Counted from the stretch's first letter, positions 1-9,541 are shown. The stretch is 64,000 nucleotides of DNA from an uncultured delta proteobacterium (GCA_963842085.1 CAWJET010000001.1:704001-768000), one strand, 5' to 3'. Numbers and translations are program-made. The notes: generated by a model from the sequence alone, not told the origin.

Positions 1-401
1 TGGCCGAGAAAGGCGTTTATGCGGTCGCCAAAACCGAGCGGCCCGAGCTGGGAATAGATGGTCTTCTGAATCTGGCCGACCTGCTTCTCAGTTTGAGCGT
101 TAGTAGTCTGGAAACTAGTCTGCAGAGCGGTCTGGTTTTGCTGGAGATGCTGATTCGACTCCTGGAGTTCCCTGACTGCATCCTCGAGTTTCTCGATATG
201 TTTGCGTTCGGCGTCAATTTCCTCGAGCAGACGCCGGTACTCAGTCGCTTTTTTCGATCTCGCGCTCGGCGGATCATCCGCCGTGCTTGGCTTCGAGATA
301 GACGATTCATCCGCGCGCACGCTTCGTGGCGGCAACAGCATCAGCATCACCGCGATCGAAGCCAGTGTCCCCACGATCACCAGATGACTCACGCGCCTCA
401 T
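1..401 (-). CDS. Secreted protein with N-terminal coiled coil, possibly porin-like; runs off the window edge
   Basis: Hand translation from ATG 401 (GGAGG upstream): MRRVSHLVIVGTLASIAVMLMLLPPRSVRA-DESS...EYRRLLEEIDAERKHIEKLEDAVRELQESNQHLQQ; open to position 1; absent from ORF track. Confidence 0.7.
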   Translation of the reverse strand, partial: MRRVSHLVIVGTLASIAVMLMLLPPRSVRADESSISKPSTADDPPSARSKKATEYRRLLEEIDAERKHIEKLEDAVRELQESNQHLQQNQTALQTSFQTTNAQTEKQVGQIQKTIYSQLGPLGFGDRINAFLG

Positions 402-492
402 ACTCATCCTCCCCAGGCTTGCGCCTGAAAAATATGCCAGCAGCGACGAATCGCGTTACCGCCACCGATCCCCATCGGCAGCAGTCGCGGTC

Positions 493-619
493 CTAGCAGG
501 TTGCGGAAAAACTCAATGAAAGACGATTTCGGCGAAGAGTAAGCATTACTACGATCACGAGAATGCGTCTTGGATCAATGTCATCAGGAGTCAAAAACCC
601 TTTTTCCGCAACCTGCTAG
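493..619. mobile_element. MITE-like element, 127 bp
   Basis: Perfect 19-bp terminal inverted repeat CTAGCAGGTTGCGGAAAAA (493-511) / TTTTTCCGCAACCTGCTAG (601-619); CTAG at both ends; no transposase. Confidence 0.75.
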
Positions 620-623
620 TGCC

Positions 624-1013
624 TCATTGCGCTACATCGATTTCGCCCTTCATTCCTTCCTTCACGTGCGTCGTGCAGAAGTACTTGTAAGTCCCGGGAA
701 CCTTGAACGTGTAGCTGAAGTCTTCGCCCCCGTTCAGGTAACCGGAGTCCCACGTCTCCGCCCCCGCCGGCACCGATGCCCAGCTTGCGTCCGGCGCCTG
801 GGACGGATCGCTGGTCGCGGTGTGGATGGTTTCGCCCTTGTTCACCCACTTTATAGTATCGCCGACTTTGACCTTCACCGGGTCGGGAACGAATTTCGCC
901 GGCGTGTCGAACATCTTTACCTCCACGGTTTCCGCGAATGCCGGCATCGCGAGACCCAGCGACAACACACATGCGACCAGCAATCCCCTGCCAAGTAGCT
1001 GCATCTTTTTCAT
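624..1013 (-). CDS. Cupredoxin (plastocyanin/amicyanin-like blue copper protein)
   Basis: Signal peptide; IHTATSD...YKYFCTTHVKEGM type-1 Cu ligands (H, C-x2-H-x4-M). Confidence 0.9.
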   Translation of the reverse strand: MKKMQLLGRGLLVACVLSLGLAMPAFAETVEVKMFDTPAKFVPDPVKVKVGDTIKWVNKGETIHTATSDPSQAPDASWASVPAGAETWDSGYLNGGEDFSYTFKVPGTYKYFCTTHVKEGMKGEIDVAQ

Positions 1014-1348
1014 ATTTTCCTCCAGCGCATCCAGGTTCCATTTGTGTTACCGCTGTTTGTGACAACTAAAGGCTCACCAGGACTCTCGATCGAGCCCGCT
1101 GTTTCCAAATACAGGCTCGTATCCGTTAGTTCTGATTTCTCGGAATAGGCGTGGAACGCGTATAGCGTTATTGCCCCGATAATTCCCCAAGCGAGGGCTA
1201 TCATGAAAAAAGCGCTCACCAGATAAGCGTGCAGGACGCCCGGTCCCGATGACCCAAAGCATAGCGGGCATGCATAGGCCGCAGGAGTGCAGACGAGCAC
1301 CGCCGAGATCGCAAGGGCGGCTGACTTAACTGAAGTAGACCAGCGCAT
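1010..1348 (-). CDS. Small membrane protein with CxxC motif, oxidase-associated
   Basis: AYACPLCFG followed by one TM helix; overlaps both neighbours; start uncertain. Confidence 0.6.
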   Translation of the reverse strand: MRWSTSVKSAALAISAVLVCTPAAYACPLCFGSSGPGVLHAYLVSAFFMIALAWGIIGAITLYAFHAYSEKSELTDTSLYLETAGSIESPGEPLVVTNSGNTNGTWMRWRKI

Positions 1349-1961
1349 AAATTACAGGCCAGAGAATCACCACGAATGACCAATACACCGAACACGCAAC
1401 CACACCGCGGAAGTCCACGTCGTATCGTCCTCGCCAGACCCGCTTCGCCACGAACGCGAGCACTGCCACCGCCACCACAAGATGTAGCGCGTGGGCGCCA
1501 ACGATCAGATAGAACATTCCGCCGTATACACTCGATGTCATCGTCAGCCCGAACCGAATTAGATGCGCCCATTCGCTGCCCTGAATGGCAAGGAACAGGG
1601 TGCCAAGCGCGAATGTTGCTCCCATCCACCGCATCGCGCCTGCCTTGTTGTGCTGGCGCAGGGCGCGCACCACGTTCCACATCGTCAGCCCGCTCAGGAC
1701 GAGAAGGCTGGTGTTGAATCCGGTCACGGCGAGCGGAAGGCGCGGTTGGTTCGCCGGCGGCCAAAATGGCGCTGACGCGCGCGAGACGAGAAATGCGCTG
1801 ATCAGACCCGCGAAGAGCATTACCTCGGAGCCTACGAATATCAGCACACCGAGCGTCGGATCGACGCCCTTTGGCGACCCCGCAGGACCCGACCTGCCGC
1901 CGCCGAACGCGGTGCCGCGTTTTAGAGTAGAAACCGTTCGAAGCGGAGTTGCCGCAGCCAA
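1326..1961 (-). CDS. ctaE: Heme-copper oxidase subunit III (second copy)
   Basis: GSEVMLFAGL, GAHALH, YWSFV motifs. Confidence 0.9.
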   Translation of the reverse strand: MAAATPLRTVSTLKRGTAFGGGRSGPAGSPKGVDPTLGVLIFVGSEVMLFAGLISAFLVSRASAPFWPPANQPRLPLAVTGFNTSLLVLSGLTMWNVVRALRQHNKAGAMRWMGATFALGTLFLAIQGSEWAHLIRFGLTMTSSVYGGMFYLIVGAHALHLVVAVAVLAFVAKRVWRGRYDVDFRGVVACSVYWSFVVILWPVIYALVYFS

Positions 1962-1977
1962 GCGCTGACTCCTTATC

Positions 1978-2268
1978 CTACGGATGCATCGCGACGTCCG
2001 GAATGAACACCAAGGCCATCACAATCACCAGCGCCACCGGAAGCAGCGCCAGGGTATAAATCAGTACGTCTTCCGAGCGCAGGCGCATATAGTATCGTCC
2101 AATGACGTAGACCTGCGCTGCCGCCGCGGCAAATATGACCCACAGCGCCAGGCTTCGTGGCAGGCCCCGTGCCACGGTCAGGGCGCCCACCAGCAAAAGA
2201 ACAACCAGCAGTATCCAGGTTCTCAAAGAGTCCGAAGCATTGAATTCGGCTTGTTCCATCGGCGACAC
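1978..2268 (-). CDS. Cytochrome c oxidase subunit IV family protein
   Basis: Three TM helices, YYMRLRSE similar to the FMHL motif; operon position. Confidence 0.7.
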   Translation of the reverse strand: MSPMEQAEFNASDSLRTWILLVVLLLVGALTVARGLPRSLALWVIFAAAAAQVYVIGRYYMRLRSEDVLIYTLALLPVALVIVMALVFIPDVAMHP

Positions 2269-2883
2269 CTATCCGGCGGTGGGCGCCAAATACACCAGGG
2301 CAAAAAGCAGCACCCACACCGTCTCGACGAAATACCAATACAGGCACACGTATTTGAGCTTGCGCTCCAACCAACCGGCCGGAGTGCTGGGGCTCACCAT
2401 CAACATCAGTCCGAAGATCACCACGACTCCGGCCAGCAGATGAAGTACATGCAGCCCGGTCATCACATAGTAGAAGCTCCAGAAGAGCGCAGCGAGCGGA
2501 GTAAACCCTTCGCGAAAATCGCCGGCGTATTCGAAGGCCTTGATCACCAGGAAGAGCGTGCCCAGCAGCACAGTGGCGCTCAGGTAACGCTTCACTCGCG
2601 CCGAATCCTGGACGCGCGCGGCGCCTTGCGCGAGCGCGGCGGTCAGGCTGCTCGCAAACAGAACGAAGGTGTTGATCGCCCCCAGCCGCCAGTTGACGTG
2701 CGCGCCGGCGGCTCCCCATCCGCCATGGGAGACCCCCATCAGAATAAAGACACCCATGAGCCCGCCGAAGAGCATTGTTTCGCCGGCGAAGAACACCCAC
2801 ATTCCGAGCTTGCCGATCTCAAAACTGGTCGGTACCTCGTGCGCCGCATGTGCGATCCCGATTTCGGCTGCTGAGTTTGCCAT
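2269..2883 (-). CDS. ctaE: Heme-copper oxidase subunit III
   Basis: KLGMWVFFAGETMLFGG, TGLHVLH, YWYFVETVW. Confidence 0.9.
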   Translation of the reverse strand: MANSAAEIGIAHAAHEVPTSFEIGKLGMWVFFAGETMLFGGLMGVFILMGVSHGGWGAAGAHVNWRLGAINTFVLFASSLTAALAQGAARVQDSARVKRYLSATVLLGTLFLVIKAFEYAGDFREGFTPLAALFWSFYYVMTGLHVLHLLAGVVVIFGLMLMVSPSTPAGWLERKLKYVCLYWYFVETVWVLLFALVYLAPTAG

Positions 2884-2893
2884 AAGTTTGCGC

Positions 2894-4600
2894 TCACCCC
2901 TGCGCGGCGCCTGCCTCCACCGCTGCGGCTTGCGGAACCCAATCCTGTTTCATCCCGGGCACACTGTACTCGTATGGCCCGCACACGACTGTCGGTATGG
3001 TGTGGAAGTTCTCATGCGGCGGCGGCGAATCGGTGGCCCATTCAAGCGTGGTGGCATTCCAAGGATTCGCAGGAGCCTTCGCGCCACGGAACATGCTCAT
3101 GAAAAAGTTCAGCAGGAACGGGACCTGCCCAGCTATTATGATGAGCAGCCCGATCGTTGCGATCACGTGGAGCGGCTGAAGCGGCTTGTAGTAGTGGTAA
3201 ACGGACGACAAATAGATTCGGCGCTGTCCGCCGCCCAACCCGATCAAGAACAGCGGAATAAATACCGTGTTGAAACCGATCCAGGTGAAAGCGAAGTGGA
3301 TCCTTCCCAGGGTCTCATTCATCATCCGGCCGAACATCTTCGGGAACCAGAAGTAGATCCCGCCAAATCCCGCGATAACGGCGGTCGGCACGAGCGTGTT
3401 GTGGAAATGCGCGATTACAAAATAGGTGTCGTGCAGGTAGATATCCGACGCATCCGTCCCCAGCGGAATGCCGGTTACCCCGCCCAGCAGGAAATTAGCC
3501 AGGGCGCCCAGCGCAAACAGCATCGCCGTGGTGTACGTGATCTGGCCGCGCCATAGCGTCGCGATCATCGCAAACAGCATCACCGCGAACGGAATGGAAA
3601 TCGCGATCGTGGTCGCGCTGAAAGGCTCTGCCAGCGTCGGGTTCATCCCGCTCACGAACATGTGGTGAGCCCACACCGTGAAGCTCAGGATTCCGGCTGC
3701 AATCACCGACCACACAATCATGCGATAGCCAAAAATCGGCTTGCGGCTGAATACCGGGAGGATCTCCATCACGATGCCGAGCCCCGGTACCGCCACGACA
3801 TACACCTCGGGATGGCCGAAGAACCAGAACAGGTGCTGCCATAGCAGCGGGTCGGCTCCTTTTTCCGGCAGGAAGAAGCCCGTGCCCACCATCCGATCGA
3901 GCAACAACATCACCACGCCGGCGATGAGCGGGCCCACACTCAGCATGAACATCACGCTCGCTACCAGTTCTGCCCACACCAGCAGCGGCATTCGCCAGAT
4001 CGTCATCCCGGGAGCGCGCATCGCGATCGCGGTGGTGAGGAAGTTGATGCCGCCCATCAGGACCGAAGCGAAATCGATCGCCACGGCGAGCAGCCAAAGG
4101 TTTCCGCCCCAGTAATTTCCGGGCAGGAACTTTGCCCCGTCCGACAGCGGAACGTAGTTCGTCCAGCCCGCGCGCGACGCGCCGCCCGGGACGAAAAACG
4201 AAAGCAGCAAGAGGACCGAAGCGACGAAAATAGTCCAGTACGAGGCCATGTTGAGCCGCGGGAACGCCATGTCGCGCGCCCCGACCATCAGCGGGATCAG
4301 GAAATTGCCGAACGCGCCAAGCAGCACCGGCATCGCCACGAAGAAGACCATTGTGGTTCCGTGCATCGTGACGACTTCGTAATACTGCAGTGCACTTACT
4401 TTTCCCCAGAGCGGAACCGAGGTGCGGGGCCAGGCAAGCTGCCAGCGGAAGACGTACGACAAGAACACGCCCACAAACCCCATGAACAAGCCCAGAAACA
4501 GGTACTGCTTGCCGATCACCTTGTGATCGACAGAAAATACGTACTGCCACCAAAAGCTCATCTTCTCGTGAGCCTCGACGGACTGCGCCATCTCGCTCAT
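2894..4600 (-). CDS. ctaD: Cytochrome c oxidase subunit I (A1-type GHPEVY)
   Basis: TMHG, DMAFPRLN, GHPEVY, WAHH, HDTYFVIAHFH, RR motifs. Confidence 0.97.
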   Translation of the reverse strand: MSEMAQSVEAHEKMSFWWQYVFSVDHKVIGKQYLFLGLFMGFVGVFLSYVFRWQLAWPRTSVPLWGKVSALQYYEVVTMHGTTMVFFVAMPVLLGAFGNFLIPLMVGARDMAFPRLNMASYWTIFVASVLLLLSFFVPGGASRAGWTNYVPLSDGAKFLPGNYWGGNLWLLAVAIDFASVLMGGINFLTTAIAMRAPGMTIWRMPLLVWAELVASVMFMLSVGPLIAGVVMLLLDRMVGTGFFLPEKGADPLLWQHLFWFFGHPEVYVVAVPGLGIVMEILPVFSRKPIFGYRMIVWSVIAAGILSFTVWAHHMFVSGMNPTLAEPFSATTIAISIPFAVMLFAMIATLWRGQITYTTAMLFALGALANFLLGGVTGIPLGTDASDIYLHDTYFVIAHFHNTLVPTAVIAGFGGIYFWFPKMFGRMMNETLGRIHFAFTWIGFNTVFIPLFLIGLGGGQRRIYLSSVYHYYKPLQPLHVIATIGLLIIIAGQVPFLLNFFMSMFRGAKAPANPWNATTLEWATDSPPPHENFHTIPTVVCGPYEYSVPGMKQDWVPQAAAVEAGAAQG

Positions 4601-4603
4601 CGC

Positions 4604-5341
4604 CTATCCCTCCTTCCCGTTTGCCGGCGATCGCGCACCTGATGCGCTCTTGCCCGTGCCGGCGGCGGCGGACTTGGACCAATGCTGGTTAACCCATTGC
4701 TGATAGTCCTCGGGCGTCAGAACTTTCAGGATACCTTTCATCGCGAAGTGCGAGATCCCGCAAAGCTGGGAGCATCCGATTTCATATGTGCCGGGCTGCG
4801 TCGCCTCGAACCATGCGGGAATCTCCCGGCCCGGAAGGACGTCCTGTCTAAGACGCAACTGCGGTACGTAAAAACTGTGGATCACGTCCTTCGACGTCAT
4901 CAGCAAGCGGACCACCTGGCCCGTGGGAACGGTCAAAGTCGTTGTTTGGACCAGGTCGTCGTGCGTGCCGAACTGGCCGTCAGGACCCGGATACGTGAAC
5001 TCCCATCCGAACTGGAACGCATCCAACTTTACCGTCAGCCCCGGAGCCGGACTTTGCTCCTTAACCAGTTCCCAGACCGGCTTTGCCCGAACGTCGATCG
5101 CCACATCAAGGAAGATGACGACAATGACGGGGATCAGCACCCATGCGAGCTGGCGCAGCGAATCGCCACGCACAAAGAATGCGTGCTGGCCCTCGCGGCG
5201 ACGGTAGAAGATGACGAACGCCAAGAGCGTACCCTCGGCCAGGATGAGCGCCGTACCGACTATGGAGATGACGAGCCTGATCACCGAGTCAATGTTTGGC
5301 CCGAACGTCGAAATGTCTTGTGGAAGCCAGCCGAAGATCAT
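4604..5341 (-). CDS. ctaC: Cytochrome c oxidase subunit II (CuA)
   Basis: DVIHSF...CSQLCGISHFAM CuA motif; two TM helices. Confidence 0.95.
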   Translation of the reverse strand: MIFGWLPQDISTFGPNIDSVIRLVISIVGTALILAEGTLLAFVIFYRRREGQHAFFVRGDSLRQLAWVLIPVIVVIFLDVAIDVRAKPVWELVKEQSPAPGLTVKLDAFQFGWEFTYPGPDGQFGTHDDLVQTTTLTVPTGQVVRLLMTSKDVIHSFYVPQLRLRQDVLPGREIPAWFEATQPGTYEIGCSQLCGISHFAMKGILKVLTPEDYQQWVNQHWSKSAAAGTGKSASGARSPANGKEG

Positions 5342-5346
5342 GATGT

Positions 5347-6129
5347 TTACTCAGCCTGCGGCAAGCCTTGTCGTTTCGCAGGGGCGACTCCAAGGCCTGA
5401 GCACTCTCCCAGCTTCTCGCCGCGAACGGTGTTGCTGGAGGGGATTCCGGTGGCCGGCGGATTGTCGTCGTGACAGTCCAGGTTGCCGCCGATGTAATTT
5501 TGCGAGATGAGCCCCGACGCGACGGGATAGCCCGGCACGGTTATCGATCCCGCATTATTGTGGAACTCCAGCTTCCCGCCCATCTGGACTGCCCGGTTGC
5601 AAGCACTTGGATCCCCAATTACCCAAGGTGAATCGGACGAGCTCCCTTGGATTTGAACATCTCCGCCGATCCAGACATAGCAGAGGAAATTCGTCTTAAG
5701 ATCGCCGGTAGGGGGCGAAGTCGGCGGGAAACTCGTGGTATGAGACGCGGTCACGTTCCCGCCAACCGTGCTGTCCCCATACAGCCCGAGATATTTGGCG
5801 TGATCGGCCGTCAGGTTTCCCCGGATGTGCACGGTGCCGGCGATGAGGCCGCCCTCGACGGTGACGTTCCCCGTTACCGTGGTTCCTGCGAGCGTGCAGG
5901 CTGCTCCCGCGGGAACGTCTACGTTGCCATCGACTGTGACCGCACCCATTGTGACCTTACCAAACGAGCCGGTGCATGAGGTCACGGGTGCGGCGTTGGC
6001 GGCCGTAGCCGACAAGCCAACGACCACTGCTAGGCCAACCGTGCTGACCAGGTAACCCATCAGCTTGAGCATCGAGTCGATGCTCGGACCGAGCGTTGAA
6101 ACGTCTTGTGAATGCCTGGCTAGGATCAT
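5347..6129 (-). CDS. Secreted or membrane-anchored Cys/Gly-rich beta-repeat protein with a CoxII-derived N-terminus
   Basis: ATG 6129 with GGAGG RBS; repeated GNVT/GGNV/GGNL units and paired Cys; first ~30 aa homologous to the CoxII N-terminus. Confidence 0.7.
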   Translation of the reverse strand: MILARHSQDVSTLGPSIDSMLKLMGYLVSTVGLAVVVGLSATAANAAPVTSCTGSFGKVTMGAVTVDGNVDVPAGAACTLAGTTVTGNVTVEGGLIAGTVHIRGNLTADHAKYLGLYGDSTVGGNVTASHTTSFPPTSPPTGDLKTNFLCYVWIGGDVQIQGSSSDSPWVIGDPSACNRAVQMGGKLEFHNNAGSITVPGYPVASGLISQNYIGGNLDCHDDNPPATGIPSSNTVRGEKLGECSGLGVAPAKRQGLPQAE

Positions 6130-6335
6130 CGTCCTCCCCCGAACTGGATCCTGTGCGCGATCTGAACCGTGCGCTTTTGCCAAGAAGCAAACGCAGTGAT
6201 TGTTCAGATCGCCGGTGTCGCCTTCGTCGCTGAAGGCGCACCATACTTTTCGTTGCCTGCTCCTCCCCAAACCGAGCCACAAGGCAGACTGTCTACATTC
6301 GTGGCCAGTCTGCCAGGCAGGTCCTCGGTATATTG

Positions 6336-6397
6336 ATCGATACTCGGCCCGCAGGTCGAAACGTCAGGCAACAGCCACCCGACCTTACAGATCCTCC
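6336..6397 (-). pseudogene. Degenerate third copy of the coxII 5' end
   Basis: GGAGG then VGWLLPDVSTCGPSID vs CoxII FGWLPQDISTFGPNID; no start codon at the expected position. Confidence 0.6.
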
Positions 6398-6510
6398 CAT
6401 GCGGTAAATTTTGTTCGAACGGTTCTTTGCGGGACTGACGGGCAACTTCGAACATGCTCAACTCGTTCGCTGGTTTATGCAACTTCGTGTTTACGCATCT
6501 CGATAAAGCG

Positions 6511-6540
6511 CTTATACGCGCTTCCAAATAAAAAAGTCAA
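6511..6540 (-). promoter_or_regulatory. Candidate sigma70 promoter of the oxidase operon
   Basis: TTGACT-18 nt AT-rich spacer-TATAAG on the minus strand. Confidence 0.35.
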
Positions 6541-6832
6541 GCTGGATCAGACTAGAGCCAACACACTTTTTGCAGGCAGCTCCATTTCCCTCGGCATCGA
6601 GGAATCAGCACGGTAGATAAATTCTAGAATCACCCAAGACAAGAATGGCTGCTTGCTCTATCGCTGATGCCGCGAGCCCCGCGCGACAAGCCCGCTTCTC
6701 CAGCCCCCCGACGCCCCAGAAAATCCGCGGCTATGCCGGCTATCTCTAGTTTTGTTCCGCAGAGGCCGCGATAAATGATAAATGGACGACTGTGTGGCAA
6801 GGCTAAGCCGTTCGGCATCTGGCCCGAGACGC

Positions 6833-9265
6833 TCACTGGATGCCCTCCTGGAAGATGGTATCGCCGCTCTCTTCGTCTTTCCCGACCTGTGCGGGCGGCG
6901 GCGTCACCGCGATCGTCACCTTATCGATCATGCCGGTGAATTTGTTGTCGCCTTCTTTGTAGTCCTCGGTCACCGGCGTCGCGAGGTCTTCGCCAACGTC
7001 CTCGGTCTCATCGGCGGAAAAGACGAACGGGACGGTATTCTCGATTCGGCCCTCGGCCACCTTTTCCTCATTCACGTAGAGACGCCCGGTCCCTCCCTTA
7101 CCGACGCCTCCGCCGTCGTAAACGAATTCAAATCGCAGCGTGGCCGTGCCTGCCGGAACACGGTTGGGCGACTCAATCGTGTAGCGCTCCTTATTAAACC
7201 AGTTGTAGCAGTACTTGAGTTTGCCTTCCTTCATGTACAGGCTCCAGCCGGCGAACCTGCCGCCTTGGGCGAGAATCACGCCCTCCGCGCCGTCCTTAGG
7301 TATCTCGACCTGGGCGATGATGGTGTGTGAGCGATTCTTTATGTCGAGTGTCGCGTTTTCCATCATCGCGACCATTCCGGGATACAGTGTCAGCGACGTG
7401 CGGTCGCCCATTAATGATGGCCGGCCCGCCAACGCCGGAACCGCGCGTTCCGCCGCGCGGTCATCCAGCGGCAAGGCGTCGTATTTCTCAGCCTGGGCAA
7501 GGAAGAGTTGCTGAAGCTCCTTCAGCTTACCTGGGTATTTCGCCGCGAGGTCCTGCGACTGGCTGAAGTCGTCGTTGGTATTGTAGAGCTCCCATTTATC
7601 TTCGGTGAATTTCGGCAGCTTGACCATTCCGGTTTCCCACGGCGTCCGATGTTTCGTGACCGCGGTCCAGCCGTTCGAATAGATGCCGCGATTCCCGAAC
7701 ATCTCAAAGTATTGCGTGGTGTGCCGGGTTGGGGCCGCGGCGCTGGCGAAGGTGTAAACCATGCTCACGCCTTCCATCGGCTTCTGCTTGATGCCGTCGA
7801 CCGTTTTCGGCTGCGGGAGCTTCGCCGCCTCGAGGATGGTCGGCGTAATATCGATCACGTGATGCCACTGGGTTCTGATGCCGCCCGCATCCCTGATGCG
7901 CGCCGGCCATGAGATGACCATACCGTTGCGCGTGCCGCCGTAGTGTGAAGCGACCTGCTTGGTCCATTGGAAGGGTGTGTCGCCCGCCAGAGCCCATCCT
8001 ACCGGGATATGTGGAAACGTCATGGGGCCGCCTATCTCGTCGAGTTGCTTGACCACGTTCTCCGTCGTGTCAGAAACCCCATTAAGTGTCGCGATCTCAT
8101 TGAGCGTGCCCGTGAGGCCACCCTCAGCGCTCATCCCGTTGTCCCCGGCGATATAAATCACGATGGTGTTGTCAGATTCTCCGATATCTTTGAGACTGTC
8201 GAGCAGTCTGCCAACTTCGTGGTCAGTGTATTCACCAAATCCGGCATAGTTCTCCATCAGGCGAGCCGCGACGCGCTTCTCGTCGGTGCTGAGCTCATCC
8301 CAGTGCTTGACGCCTGGCGCCCACGGAGCGAGCTGGGTTGTATGGGGCACAACCCCCAACTGCTTCTGTCGCGCGAGTGTCGCCTCCCGGTACTTGTCCC
8401 AGCCCTCATCGAATCTGCCCCGGTACTTGTCGCGCCATTCCTTCGGGGTGTGGTGCGGCGCATGAAGCGCGCCGGGCGCGAAATAGACGAAAAAGGGCTT
8501 ATCGGGCGTCATCGTATGCTGAAAACGCATCCAAGCGATCGCATGGTCGGTCATATCGGTCATGAAGTTGTAGCCAGGCGTGTGTGCCGGCTCAACGACC
8601 GTTGTGCCGTCGTAGATCAATGGCGCCCACTGGTTCGTCTCACCGCCAAGGAATCCGTAGAACTTCTCGAAACCGTCGCCGATCGGCCACTGTGTGAATG
8701 GTCCTGAGACGCTGACCTCCCACGCCGGGGTCTGGTGCATCTTGCCGAAGGCCGCCGTATTGTACCCATTCATTTTAAGAATCTGGGCGATCGTGGCGGC
8801 CTCATTCGGCCTGATCGACGAGTAGCCTGGCGCGCTGGTCGCGAGTTCAGTGATCGCTCCCATGCCCACCGAGTGATGGTTGCGCCCGGTGAGTAGCGCC
8901 TGGCGGGTCGGCGAGCAAAGGGCCGCTGTATGAAACTGCGTGTAGCGCAGCCCGCTTTTCGCGAGTGAATCCAGCGTGGGCATGTTGATGCCGCCGCCGA
9001 AGGTGCTCGGCGCACCGAAGCCAATATCATCGAGCAGAATTACGACTACGTTGGGCGCACCCGCGGGCGGCCGCAGTGGCTCGATCGGCGGAAACTTCGC
9101 GTCGCGCGCATCCAGCGGAATTTTGCCGGGATACTTGTAGTGCATGTCCGGTATCGGCAATTGAGTGCGATCGATTTGTTGAGCGTAGGCGGGAAGCACC
9201 CTCGCTGCGATGCCCAGACACAGACTAACTCCGAGAACCAGAACCAGTTTTTTCATCTTTGCCAT
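6833..9265 (-). CDS. Arylsulfatase (Cys-type, secreted)
   Basis: LLDDIG, LCSPTRQALLTG, GKMH motifs; signal peptide; RBS GAGGAG before ATG 9265. Confidence 0.93.
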   Translation of the reverse strand: MAKMKKLVLVLGVSLCLGIAARVLPAYAQQIDRTQLPIPDMHYKYPGKIPLDARDAKFPPIEPLRPPAGAPNVVVILLDDIGFGAPSTFGGGINMPTLDSLAKSGLRYTQFHTAALCSPTRQALLTGRNHHSVGMGAITELATSAPGYSSIRPNEAATIAQILKMNGYNTAAFGKMHQTPAWEVSVSGPFTQWPIGDGFEKFYGFLGGETNQWAPLIYDGTTVVEPAHTPGYNFMTDMTDHAIAWMRFQHTMTPDKPFFVYFAPGALHAPHHTPKEWRDKYRGRFDEGWDKYREATLARQKQLGVVPHTTQLAPWAPGVKHWDELSTDEKRVAARLMENYAGFGEYTDHEVGRLLDSLKDIGESDNTIVIYIAGDNGMSAEGGLTGTLNEIATLNGVSDTTENVVKQLDEIGGPMTFPHIPVGWALAGDTPFQWTKQVASHYGGTRNGMVISWPARIRDAGGIRTQWHHVIDITPTILEAAKLPQPKTVDGIKQKPMEGVSMVYTFASAAAPTRHTTQYFEMFGNRGIYSNGWTAVTKHRTPWETGMVKLPKFTEDKWELYNTNDDFSQSQDLAAKYPGKLKELQQLFLAQAEKYDALPLDDRAAERAVPALAGRPSLMGDRTSLTLYPGMVAMMENATLDIKNRSHTIIAQVEIPKDGAEGVILAQGGRFAGWSLYMKEGKLKYCYNWFNKERYTIESPNRVPAGTATLRFEFVYDGGGVGKGGTGRLYVNEEKVAEGRIENTVPFVFSADETEDVGEDLATPVTEDYKEGDNKFTGMIDKVTIAVTPPPAQVGKDEESGDTIFQEGIQ

Positions 9266-9329
9266 CCGCTCCTCTAGCAGCAACCCAAACGAGAGACAGG
9301 CTCGTTCGCAGGTGCCGACGGTACACTAC

Positions 9330-9540
9330 TCGTTGCCGAAACCTCGTCATACGCGCTCTACATCCGCGTTCTGCCAGGGTGATCGTGGTGCGGTAACGAG
9401 CTGGGTGATGCCCATCGCTTCGACCCGGGCAGCAGAAGTACGAGCCATACGACGCATCGCGATCGCCGCAGCAGATACCGAGGCGCCGTGTCCCACGGGA
9501 ACGCTTCGGTCACTCGGTGCGTAAGCCAAGTTGAAGTGGG
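9330..9540 (-). mobile_element. Transposase (integrase core) fragment
   Basis: VTEAFPWDTAPRYLL and, after a frameshift, MGITQLVTAPRSPWQNADVERV. Confidence 0.8.
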
Positions 9541-9541
9541 T

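Noticed and set aside
6700-6800. Sequence reminiscent of integrated-element ends, finishing in GACTGTGTGGC
   Set aside because: No tRNA-derived core follows and no recombinase is nearby; impression only
6833-9265. Sulfatase lacking an adjacent formylglycine-generating enzyme
   Set aside because: Maturases are often encoded elsewhere; cannot be judged from this window
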